A stretch of 64,000 bases of DNA from Candidatus Woykebacteria bacterium RBG_13_40_15. Its GTDB lineage: Bacteria; Patescibacteriota; Microgenomatia; Woykebacterales; RBG-16-39-9b. Below are positions 47,681 to 55,539 of the stretch, one piece after another. Made by a program: the position numbers and the translations under genes. Position 1 is the stretch's first letter. Each line of letters begins with the position of its first letter. The notes beneath the pieces were generated by a model. The model was given only the letters and a program-made list of their open reading frames with translations, did not search any database and was not told the origin of the DNA. The DNA lies in contig MHCP01000025.1 of assembly GCA_001816655.1 (NCBI GenBank), positions 14,428-78,427 of the forward strand. The letters are read 5' to 3'.

Positions 47681-48196
47681 CTAATGTTTTTTACAAGGCT
47701 TAAGGCCAACTACTAAGTTCTTACCAACCAACCGAGGTTCTGAATCCTTTTCCCCAATACCGTCTAGCATAGAGGTTGCTTTTTCCAATATTGACCACCC
47801 GATTTCTGGGTGAACAATCTCTCTACCAGCAAATTTTATCGTTAATTGGACCCTGTTACCTTCTTCGAAAAACTCCTTTGCCCTATTCATCCTTATCTCC
47901 AAGTCGTGATCATCAATGGTAGGGCTTAACCAGATCTCCTTTGTTTCGATTTCTTTTGTTTTCTGTTTAATTTTTCTTTCTTTTTTATCTTCCTCGTATT
48001 TAAATTTTTTAAAATCAATAATTTTTACGACCGGTGGATCTGCTTGGCCGGATACCTCTACTAAGTCCAAATTAGAATTCCTTGCTCTCTCCCTTGCTTC
48101 ATCGATTCTAATAATTCCAATTTGTTTCCCATTTTCTTCTAGTAGTCGTACTTTTTCAGCACGGATATTTTGATTGATCCGATAGTATTTTCTAAT
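47681..48196 (-). CDS. infC: translation initiation factor IF-3, initiating at ATT
   Basis: The track ORF (47681-48070) lacks the N-domain. Extending in frame gives IRKYYRINQNIRAEKVRLLEENGKQIGIIRIDEARERARNSNLDLVEVS (IF3 N-domain). The only plausible initiator is ATT at 48196, preceded by gggaggagag. AUU initiation is the known autoregulatory feature of infC. Confidence 0.8.
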   Translation of the reverse strand: MRKYYRINQNIRAEKVRLLEENGKQIGIIRIDEARERARNSNLDLVEVSGQADPPVVKIIDFKKFKYEEDKKERKIKQKTKEIETKEIWLSPTIDDHDLEIRMNRAKEFFEEGNRVQLTIKFAGREIVHPEIGWSILEKATSMLDGIGEKDSEPRLVGKNLVVGLKPCKKH

Positions 48197-48443
48197 TGTT
48201 CTCTCCTCCCAATGAATTCGAAAAATAATCTTTTAATTTTAGTTTGGAAATTGCGTTTTCGCGAACCAACTCAAACGGCCTTTTAGATAAATAAATTATT
48301 GTAGATTCGGTTCCTATCATTTGCAATTTTTTCTTCTGGATCTTATCCGATCGATTGCATAGTCTACCAGAGAAATTATTCTCTTGTCAATTTCACCTAA
48401 AGTGGCTGCCACTGTGTTTAAATTGGAAACATGTTTTTCGGTA

Positions 48444-50174
48444 CTATTCTCTATTCTCGACCTCCTTTTCTAATCGATTAATTAAATCCCCGATTAAAAC
48501 TGAGCCCTCATCTCCTTTTCCCCTAGATCGAACCGCAACCTTTTTTTGGACCTGTTCCCTATCTCCAACAACAAGCATATATGGAATTTTCTGCAGCTCT
48601 GCGTCTCGTATCTTTGTTTGCATTGTTTCGTTTCTGGAATCAACCTCAATACGTAATTTTTTGTTTAGGAATTCGTTTCTTAACTCAGTAGCGTATTGAT
48701 TATGCCTTTCAGCTATTGGGATTATTATTGCTTGGATTGGAGATAGCCAAAGGGGAAATGCGCCACCGAAATGCTCAACTAGGACACCAACAAATCGCTG
48801 TAGAGAACCAATTATAGTTCTATGTATCATTGCTGGTTGTCTTGGTTTTCCGTCGCTGTCTGTGTAAGTAAGATTAAACTTTTCTGGCATAAATAAATCT
48901 AATTGAATCGTACCACATTGCCAAGAGCGTGAGAGTGAATCATTAATATGGAAATCAATTTTTGGGCCGTAAAAGGCCCCTTCGCCTTCATTAATCTTGT
49001 AGTTTAATTTAAGATTATTTAGAACTTTTTTTAGAGTATTTTCTGCTTTATCCCATGTTTTCTTATTTCCCATAGACTTTTCTGGGCGGGTTGAGAGTTC
49101 AATCGAAACTTCAGGAAAGCCTAGTATTTTGTAAAACCTCAGAGTTAAATCAATAATATTTTTAATCTCTGATTCAATTTGATCTTCGGTAGCGAAAATA
49201 TGGGCGTCGTCTTGACGAAAGGCTCTGACTCTAAATAGACCGTTGAGAGTTCCAGACTGTTCGTAGCGATGAACCTCGCCCATCTCAGCGAGTCTTATTG
49301 GTAGATCACGATACGAATGAGGGCGCTCCTTATAAATTAAAATCATACCAGGACAGTTCATTGGTTTTAGAACCAGTTTTTTGCCAGCTTGATTTACAAA
49401 ATACATTTTGTCTCTGTAATTTTCCCAATGTCCTGATCGATGCCACAATTCTTCGGATAAAAGAATCGGTGTGGAGACTAATTGATAGCCAGCAGATTTT
49501 TGCAATTTATTGTAAAAACCCATTAGCGCTTCCCGTAGGAGCATTCCTTTTGGGTGCCAAAATACAAACCCTGGAGCTTCATTATGAAAACTGAAAAGAT
49601 CTAACTCGCGACCAATTCTTCTATGATCGTAATTTTTTGCTTCCTCTCGCTGTTTTAAGTAGTTATCGAGTTCTTCTTGGGTGATAAAACAAGTTCCATA
49701 GATTCGGGTAAGCATTGGGTTGTTCTCACTACCACGCCAATATGCGCCAGCGATTGTTAAAAGTTTGAATGGCCCGATATCCTTCGCATTGTCAACGTGG
49801 TCGCCTTTGCAAAGATCAATAAAATTACCTGATTTATAGAATGAAACTTTGTTTGTAGTTTTGCAAAGTTCCCTAATAAGATCCAATTTGAAAGGTTGGT
49901 TAGCTTCAATCTTTTTTGCCTCCTCAATAGATTTTTCTATATGAGTAAATTTGTCCCAAGTTTTCAAGATTTTTTTCATTTCCGCCTCAATCTTTGGAAG
50001 GTCCTCTTCGGATATGGGTTTCTTAAAGGAAAAGTCATAGTAGAATCCGTTTTTAATGGTTGGTCCAATTCCTAGCTTGGTATCTGGCCAAAGTTTAATT
50101 ACCGCTGCGGCGAGTAAGTGAGAAGCTGAATGGCGTACATTATCCAAATAATTTTCGTTTTTTATATTTTCCAT
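48444..50174 (-). CDS. thrS: threonyl-tRNA synthetase (short form without N-terminal TGS domain)
   Basis: Editing-domain HSASHLLAAA, class II catalytic core, and anticodon-binding C-terminus. Confidence 0.9.
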   Translation of the reverse strand: MENIKNENYLDNVRHSASHLLAAAVIKLWPDTKLGIGPTIKNGFYYDFSFKKPISEEDLPKIEAEMKKILKTWDKFTHIEKSIEEAKKIEANQPFKLDLIRELCKTTNKVSFYKSGNFIDLCKGDHVDNAKDIGPFKLLTIAGAYWRGSENNPMLTRIYGTCFITQEELDNYLKQREEAKNYDHRRIGRELDLFSFHNEAPGFVFWHPKGMLLREALMGFYNKLQKSAGYQLVSTPILLSEELWHRSGHWENYRDKMYFVNQAGKKLVLKPMNCPGMILIYKERPHSYRDLPIRLAEMGEVHRYEQSGTLNGLFRVRAFRQDDAHIFATEDQIESEIKNIIDLTLRFYKILGFPEVSIELSTRPEKSMGNKKTWDKAENTLKKVLNNLKLNYKINEGEGAFYGPKIDFHINDSLSRSWQCGTIQLDLFMPEKFNLTYTDSDGKPRQPAMIHRTIIGSLQRFVGVLVEHFGGAFPLWLSPIQAIIIPIAERHNQYATELRNEFLNKKLRIEVDSRNETMQTKIRDAELQKIPYMLVVGDREQVQKKVAVRSRGKGDEGSVLIGDLINRLEKEVENRE

Positions 50175-50195
50175 GTCTTTAAGATTCCATTTTTA

Positions 50196-50338
50196 AAACA
50201 ACAAAAAACCTCCCGTTAGGAGGTTGTGAAGCCACGCAATAGACAACCTCCTCTAGGAAGAGCTGGCGGTAGTTGTGCAATCTAGGGCTTTGGTTTTTCT
50301 CACTTTTACACTTTAACACCTTTTAATTGGCTCGTCAA
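50196..50338 (-). promoter_or_regulatory. thrS leader: candidate promoter, leaderless Thr-codon mini-ORF, overlapping antiterminator/terminator
   Basis: Minus strand ttgacg-17-taaagt promoter (50338-50310). GTG at 50303 opens VRKTKALDCTTTASSS* with three consecutive Thr codons ACA ACT ACC and a TAG at 50255-50253. gaggaggttgt (overlapping the stop) can pair with acaacctcct, which alternatively pairs with gggaggtt, followed by tttttt and 25 nt later the thrS ATG. Confidence 0.45.
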
Positions 50339-50368
50339 TAATAGGTATTTAAAAAGCTAAGTTATTTA

Positions 50369-50632
50369 TTAGTGCGCTATTGGGCGCTGAATTTCATTTA
50401 AAATGTTGCCGATAAAATCCCCTATGATAGGAATAGAACTTATCTTGCTGAGAATAATTATGACAAGCCCGACTACAATGGTAGCGCCGAGGACTGTGCC
50501 GACTCCCCAAGCAAGCCCGCCTAGAAAATTGTTCAAGATCACCCTTCCAGTTGGAAGATGAACTCTTGAATGTCCCCGTCCTTGTGTTGGGTCTATATAT
50601 TCGTTATGTTTTTCTGGTTGGATTTCAGTCAT
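50369..50632 (-). CDS. hypothetical small membrane protein (87 aa)
   Basis: C-terminal two-TM hairpin GGLAWGVGTVLGATIVVGLVIIIL...IPIIGDFIGNIL. No family assigned. Confidence 0.4.
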   Translation of the reverse strand: MTEIQPEKHNEYIDPTQGRGHSRVHLPTGRVILNNFLGGLAWGVGTVLGATIVVGLVIIILSKISSIPIIGDFIGNILNEIQRPIAH

Positions 50633-50701
50633 TATTTTAAGTATGCTTCAAAGAAGCTAAAACGTCAAGAATTGACTAAATTCCATTTTGACTAGGAGTA
50701 A

Positions 50702-50750
50702 TCGACGCAGAAAGCTGTAGCTTTATATTGTTTCTCTAGCGAGATATAAT
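50702..50750 (+). promoter_or_regulatory. second copy of the palindrome-containing promoter element (cgacgcagaaagctgtagcttt-N-ttgtttctctagcgagatataat)
   Basis: 43/49 nt identical to the 15241-15290 element upstream of the sensor kinase. Here it lies 8 nt upstream of the 50758 gene ATG. Confidence 0.6.
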
Positions 50751-50757
50751 TAATAAA

Positions 50758-51183
50758 GTGAAAAAGAAACTTTTTCTGAAGATGAACTATAGTAAAAAAT
50801 ATGTTTTATTAAGCTTGGTTACGATTGCAGTTGTAATTATTGTAGTAGTTGGGATTTATTTCACAAGGTTATCATCGGGTTATCGTCTATTTCGTATTTC
50901 TGGGGAGACAATCGGTGATTACAAATCCGGTAGTTTAATTATCGCTAAAAAGGTGGTTGATCCCCTATCGTTGAGTAAGGGGGACGCTGTTTTGTACGAA
51001 GTTGAAGTAGGTGGTAAAAAAGTCGAACGATTTGGAATAATCCTAGCTTTACCTTCCGAAAGTAAAATCAATCGGCTAGGCGTTTTCACCTTGGATCAAG
51101 CCTTTCTTATTGGGAGAGATAGTAAAGTAAAAGATCTAGTCGAAAAAGAAAAAATTAACTGGATTGTGATTAAAAAATTCTAA
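50758..51183 (+). CDS. hypothetical membrane-anchored protein (141 aa)
   Basis: N-terminal TM helix. RISGETIGDYKSGSLIIAKK faintly resembles the S24/S26 peptidase Ser region, but this is unconvincing. Confidence 0.45.
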   Translation: MKKKLFLKMNYSKKYVLLSLVTIAVVIIVVVGIYFTRLSSGYRLFRISGETIGDYKSGSLIIAKKVVDPLSLSKGDAVLYEVEVGGKKVERFGIILALPSESKINRLGVFTLDQAFLIGRDSKVKDLVEKEKINWIVIKKF

Positions 51184-51251
51184 TGGTAGACGGTGGAAGA
51201 GTTAAACATACGCCTTCGCGATTTAACACGCTTCCCATGTTGCGAAAATTC

Positions 51252-51328
51252 TGGTGGGCTCGAGGGGACTTGAACCTCTGACCTCTTCGATGTCAACGAA
51301 GCGCTCTAACCAACTGAGCTACGAGCCC
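51252..51328 (-). tRNA. tRNA-Val (anticodon GAC), CCA encoded
   Basis: RC gives GGGCUCG-UA-GCUCAGUUGGUUAGAGC-G-CUUCGUUGACAUCGAAG-AGGUC-AGAGGUUCAAGUCCCCU-CGAGCCC-ACCA. Cloverleaf with one A-C mismatch in the T-stem. Confidence 0.8.
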
Positions 51329-51350
51329 ATAATTTTCTACAACGAAGCGC

Positions 51351-51389
51351 CCTGCCTCGCTCGCCTCGCGAAGCGGGCCGTCAGGCAGG
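51351..51389. repeat. REP-like GC-rich palindrome, copy 3 (cctgcc...ggcagg)
   Basis: cctgcctcgctcgcctcgcgaagcgggccgtcaggcagg between the clpP stop and tRNA-Val. Shares the CTGCC/GGCAG arms with copies at 461-505 and 848-866. Confidence 0.45.
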
Positions 51390-51412
51390 TCTAACCAACT
51401 GCGTAAGGAAAC

Positions 51413-52024
51413 TTATTTGCCAACTGTTGGAAGAACTTTTTCTTTTTTAACTTCTATAACGTCGTCTATTATACCGTATTTTTTAGCTTCAAGGCTAGTC
51501 ATAAAGAAATCTCTTTCTGTATCTTTTTCTACTTGCGAGATAGCTTGATTTGTTTCTTTTGCCAGAATTTCACTGAGGCGCCTTTTCATTTTTAATATTT
51601 CGTTTGCGTGTATTTTTATATCCGTTGCTTGACCAGAGATTTCGGTCATTGGCTGGTGAATCATTATTTTTGAATTCGGTAGAGCAAAACGCTTACCACT
51701 TTTACCACCAGCAAGAATTACTGCAGCGCCAGATGCCGCCATACCAACACAGACGGTTGAGATATCACTTCTCACAAATTTCATTGTGTCGTAAATTGCC
51801 AGTGTGGAATGGACGTAACCACCCGGTGAATTTATATAGATACTTATATCTCTATCCATCCCTTCATTTTCTAAGTAAAGTAGTTCTGCAATTACGATGT
51901 TGGCAACCTCATCTGTAATTGTGCCGCTAATAAAAATAATCCTCTCTTCAAGTAGTCTGCTGTAAATATCATAGGCCCGCTCACCTTGTGGGTCTTTTTT
52001 AATTACCATTGGTACAAGTTCCAT
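51413..52024 (-). CDS. clpP: ATP-dependent Clp protease proteolytic subunit
   Basis: ERAYDIYSRLLEERIIFI..., catalytic Ser region GMAASGAA, His/Asp region. Confidence 0.9.
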   Translation of the reverse strand: MELVPMVIKKDPQGERAYDIYSRLLEERIIFISGTITDEVANIVIAELLYLENEGMDRDISIYINSPGGYVHSTLAIYDTMKFVRSDISTVCVGMAASGAAVILAGGKSGKRFALPNSKIMIHQPMTEISGQATDIKIHANEILKMKRRLSEILAKETNQAISQVEKDTERDFFMTSLEAKKYGIIDDVIEVKKEKVLPTVGK

Positions 52025-52099
52025 AAGGAGCGGATTATATCCTGCAAGGAAACAATCCGCAAAGCGGATTATATCAAATAAAGACGCTTATTTCTATTA

Positions 52100-52580
52100 A
52101 ATAAAGTAAAGGGTTTAAGGAGAGGGGCTCCAGCTGGTGCATGGCTGGAGCCTAACAATCCCCTCTAATCTTCCGTTCAAGCCGCCTAACTCATAGCTTG
52201 GAGGGTTCTTGTTGTTTCATCGAGACCTCCCTGCCAGCGTAGCCCTCTTTTTGTAGCTGGGTTTTCTCCCAACCACTTGTCTACAAGTCTTCCCCAACCG
52301 TCGCTGCGAAGATTAGCGATAACCCTGTGTAGATGAGTTAGTCGTTCGTTGACTCCGATTCTCCCAATGCCTCGCTCAATATTCGATAGACGTCTTGTTG
52401 GGTAAGCAATATTGACTCCTCTCCCCTCTTCTGATTTGATATCTTTCCTCTAGGGTCTATGACCAAAGTCGGTGGGAATTGTGGGAGTTGAGCCCACTAC
52501 GGTCTGCCTAATTCCCATAAATGGAGGGGCGAGGATTTTTAACCCCGACTAGAGAAAGTCCCCAGTTTGGCCTTCCTTCT
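52100..52580. other. ORF-free GC-rich structured block (candidate ncRNA or decayed gene remnant)
   Basis: No ATG ORF of 60 aa or more on any frame across about 750 nt (52025-52783), while GC rises sharply. Nested hairpins at 52109-52171 (agagggg-ctccagc...gctggag...cccctct). A gaaagtcc motif at 52553. The minus strand carries an 87-codon stop-free frame with no start codon. Confidence 0.3.
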
Positions 52581-52603
52581 TATCCCGGTAGATCGGGACC
52601 CTC

Positions 52604-52630
52604 CACGAAAAAACCCCCTTTCGGGGGTTT
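52604..52630 (-). terminator. intrinsic terminator (aacccccgaaagggggtt + TTTTTT) for the 52784-53677 gene
   Basis: 7-bp G/C stem with a GAAA loop followed by U6 on the minus strand. A second weaker hairpin lies at 52680-52701. Confidence 0.6.
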
Positions 52631-52783
52631 CCGTTTTAGTTATGCTTAACTACCTTAAAACGTTCCCCCGTGGTGGAAACCCCCTTTAATAAAGGAGGGG
52701 GTGACCAACATAATTATGAGAGAACAATTAGTTGCCATATATCAGTATTAAATTATAGTTACAGCTAAATTAGCTGTCAAGCA

Positions 52784-53677
52784 CTACTTGATCGAAATTG
52801 AACTCGCAACGGCCTCAATTTGAATGTCTACTCTAATAAAAGCTGCATCAAATTTGCTGCTCTTATACTCGTCGTTATTTTTTCTGAAACGGGAATCTAC
52901 AGATATGTTTTTAACTGGTGAAGTTATTTTTATTCGAGCCTCAATTTCTTTTGGAATCTTTATATCTAGGTTTGAAGCCTTTGCTTTAATTTTCGCATTC
53001 GATGAGTAAGATGAGTTGAAAGATATTTTCAAATCCGAAGCCTGAGAGTTAATTTCCAAGTAGTTGACCCTAAGGGACGTTAAATCAAGAGATTCTTTTG
53101 ATGCTCCAGTGGTGATTTGTATTTCGATTGGAATCTGCCTTGTAACTGAAAGCTCGGTTTTGTTCTGTAGGGAAGAAATAAATGGTAAACCAGGAGTGAT
53201 ATTTTGCTTTAGAGTAAAAATTTCCTGCCCAAAAGTATCCTGCTTTACTATTTCCGGTTTATTTACAGCTTTACTATAAACAACTTTTCCTTCAACAAGT
53301 TTCGAGGTGTCGTTGCCGAGCGCATTAATCGTAAGATTTGTCGCTGGCATATCGATAATTATTTTCGCTCTTGTCAAACTTCCAAGAGGCTCAGAGATTT
53401 TAAGAGTGTTGGTAGCAAGTGGGTTTCTGGTAAACGGGTTGAAAGTCAAAAAAATTGGAATCAAAAATATAAGTAATATTACTACAACTAAACTTCTAAA
53501 GGAAATTGATTGCCCTACTATGAATTCGATCCCAATCAAGATAATTATCACTGGCCAGAATTTCCATAGATTTGTCCAAATATCCCAAGATAAAATCCCA
53601 AAATTGTTTAGTAAAAAAATTACCCCCAAACCTATTAAAATTATCGGTCCTGCTTTAAAATTCTTTTTTAATTTCAT
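52784..53677 (-). CDS. hypothetical membrane protein (N-terminal 3-TM block plus beta-rich extracytoplasmic domain; LiaF/DUF4097-like architecture)
   Basis: Three N-terminal TM helices, then a repetitive Ser/Thr/Asn-rich beta-strand domain (LDLTSLRVNYLEINSQASDLKISF...). Confidence 0.4.
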   Translation of the reverse strand: MKLKKNFKAGPIILIGLGVIFLLNNFGILSWDIWTNLWKFWPVIIILIGIEFIVGQSISFRSLVVVILLIFLIPIFLTFNPFTRNPLATNTLKISEPLGSLTRAKIIIDMPATNLTINALGNDTSKLVEGKVVYSKAVNKPEIVKQDTFGQEIFTLKQNITPGLPFISSLQNKTELSVTRQIPIEIQITTGASKESLDLTSLRVNYLEINSQASDLKISFNSSYSSNAKIKAKASNLDIKIPKEIEARIKITSPVKNISVDSRFRKNNDEYKSSKFDAAFIRVDIQIEAVASSISIK

Positions 53678-53758
53678 TTCGATAGGTTATTTATAAGAGC
53701 TTAAACAAATTATAACAAGCTTTTCCAAGTAATCTAGTTTCAAAACTCGTTTTTAAAT

Positions 53759-54532
53759 TCAAATAATTATTTCTAAGCTGTCGTAAGCTATGTTGAAATT
53801 CTCCCCGCCAACTTTTTTAATCAGCTTTTCAAGTTTTTTGTGCGGTAGTGTGCGATGCCCAAGATGGATAAAGTAGATAGATTTTGCGTTTAACCTTTTT
53901 CCTAATTCTAATCCTTCCATAATCGTTTCATGCCCCCTCGTTTGTACCTTTAGTTCGGAGCCGTCAATCGCAATTGCATCGGCATGTTCTACTACTTTGG
54001 CTGTATTTTTTGGCAACGACTTAAAATCTGGTGCCCAAAAAAATTTCTTTTTGCCTTCTTTCACTAATATCCCAAACGTCGAATTGGTATGTTCTACAGG
54101 CAAAAAAGTTAAGGTTAGGTTTTCAAAAGTTGTTTCTAAGTTTTCTAGGGCTTTAACTGTTTCAACCTTTACTATTTCGTATTCATTAGGAAAAAACATG
54201 AAGCGAATTTTTGCAAGGGTTTTTGGGTGAATAAATATTTTAGGTTTTAGCCTACCAGTCTCCGTGTAAATATGAGAAAGGTCCCAAAGACCAAAGGTGT
54301 GATCAGAATGTTCGTGAGTTATCGCAGCAGCTCTGATTTTTGTTGGATCTATATCTGTTCTCCTTAGGTGTTCATAGGTGTCCGGACCGGCATCAAGTAA
54401 TAAAATGTCATTTATTAATGCTTGGCTACGGGTTCGAGTATCCCGAGGATCTTTTGACGAACAAATTTCATCAGTACAACCTAAGCGTGGCAGCGGCCAG
54501 CCTGCACTTGTGCCCAAAAATTTAATTTTCAT
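53759..54532 (-). CDS. MBL-fold metallo-hydrolase
   Basis: ITHEHSDHTFGLWDL (HxHxDH motif 2), with downstream His and Asp ligands. Confidence 0.75.
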   Translation of the reverse strand: MKIKFLGTSAGWPLPRLGCTDEICSSKDPRDTRTRSQALINDILLLDAGPDTYEHLRRTDIDPTKIRAAAITHEHSDHTFGLWDLSHIYTETGRLKPKIFIHPKTLAKIRFMFFPNEYEIVKVETVKALENLETTFENLTLTFLPVEHTNSTFGILVKEGKKKFFWAPDFKSLPKNTAKVVEHADAIAIDGSELKVQTRGHETIMEGLELGKRLNAKSIYFIHLGHRTLPHKKLEKLIKKVGGENFNIAYDSLEIII

Positions 54533-54585
54533 TTCTCTTGAAAAAATTTGACAAAGGCAGCCTTTTTCTTAATTGCCGAACGAAG

Positions 54586-55380
54586 TCAATTTTTAATATC
54601 TGACGGGTCATGTTTATTGAATTCTCCAAAGATCCTTTTAATATCTTGATTATGTGACCACCCGGCAATTCTTTTCGTTATGATTATTTTGCCGTTGCGG
54701 TAGTTTTCAATAATTTCTCTAGCAATTCTAGTGACAGCGCTTTCCAAATCTTTATCTGGTTTTTTAGAACGTTCGTATATATTTGACAAAAAATAACAAT
54801 TACCCGATTCGATCAAAGGTTTTCCTTTTGGACTGACTTCGCTACCAACCCAAGCCCTAATCCTGTTTTTATTATTAATCAAGGCAAGGAGAGATCTTCT
54901 CATTCCATCTATTACACGGAAGCCCTTGATTGTTTGAACAACAAAAATAGGAAAATGATCTCTTTCTTTGTGATCCGAAAAACCTGTTTTCAAAATCTCT
55001 TCTCTCATTTTCTTGTCATTCTCCCAAGTCTTAGCGAAAAGTAAAGGATTACGATTAAACTTTTTGATTGTGTATTTATCTAGGGTTGGGGACATTCCTG
55101 TTAAGATCAATTTGGAGGGAGAAATTTCTCGAAGCTCCCAACGGTATTTGGTGCTTGATAAATAATAGAAGACGCTTTTGAGTTTCCATCCACCTGATAT
55201 GGCAGCTACTAAATCCAAGAATGATTGTTCGCCTTCTCTATGGAATAGATTTTCTATTGAACTGTCGATTTTTTCCCAGACTTCTTTATCGGTAACATCA
55301 TTAAAGATTTTTCTGAACTCATGCTTTAAATATTGCTGAGCGATAAGTAATGCATTTTTCGATGGAGTAAGCTTAAACAT
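54586..55380 (-). CDS. hypothetical protein with C-terminal ParB/sulfiredoxin-like (ParBc) domain
   Basis: PIFVVQTIKGFRVIDGMRRSLLALINNKNRIRAWV aligns with the ParB N-terminal-domain core (PIxV...GxYxxIxGxRRxxAA...IP). The N-terminal 140 aa are unassigned. Confidence 0.4.
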   Translation of the reverse strand: MFKLTPSKNALLIAQQYLKHEFRKIFNDVTDKEVWEKIDSSIENLFHREGEQSFLDLVAAISGGWKLKSVFYYLSSTKYRWELREISPSKLILTGMSPTLDKYTIKKFNRNPLLFAKTWENDKKMREEILKTGFSDHKERDHFPIFVVQTIKGFRVIDGMRRSLLALINNKNRIRAWVGSEVSPKGKPLIESGNCYFLSNIYERSKKPDKDLESAVTRIAREIIENYRNGKIIITKRIAGWSHNQDIKRIFGEFNKHDPSDIKN

Positions 55381-55415
55381 TTTTAAAATTATCTTTGCTC
55401 TCTAATCATAAGAAA

Positions 55416-55500
55416 TGGTGCCGCGGGGGAGACTTGAACTCCCACGAGTTGCCTCATACGGTCCTGAACCGTACGCGTCTGCCAATTCCGCCACCGCGGC
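55416..55500 (-). tRNA. tRNA-Leu (anticodon CAG), type II with long variable arm, CCA encoded
   Basis: RC: GCCGCGG-UG-GCGGAAUUGGCAGACGCG-UACGG-UUCAGGA-CCGUA-UGAGGCAACUCGUG-GGAGUUCAAGUCUCC-CCGCGGC-A-CCA. Confidence 0.85.
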
Positions 55501-55539
55501 ACAAACTGTATTATAGGGAAATATAGGTTTGAAATCAAT

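Noticed and set aside
50175-50368. T-box riboswitch upstream of thrS
   Set aside because: The leader from the putative TSS to the terminator is only about 110 nt, too short for Stem I plus antiterminator. The T-box consensus (AGGGUGGNACCGCG) is not present, although an antiterminator/terminator pair does exist. The leader-peptide model fits better, but Rfam should be run.
51329-51412. A second tRNA or tRNA pseudogene next to tRNA-Val
   Set aside because: Only a 12-nt D-arm-like fragment is repeated, and no cloverleaf can be drawn. It is treated as a possible integration scar or coincidence, not a gene.
52100-52580. Specific identification as RNase P RNA or tmRNA
   Set aside because: A gaaagtcc motif (P4-like) and a T-arm-like hairpin are present, but I could not find the matching P4 3' strand (CCGGCUUA-like) at an appropriate distance, nor a tmRNA 3' ...UCCACCA end or tag ORF. 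It is left as an unassigned structured block.
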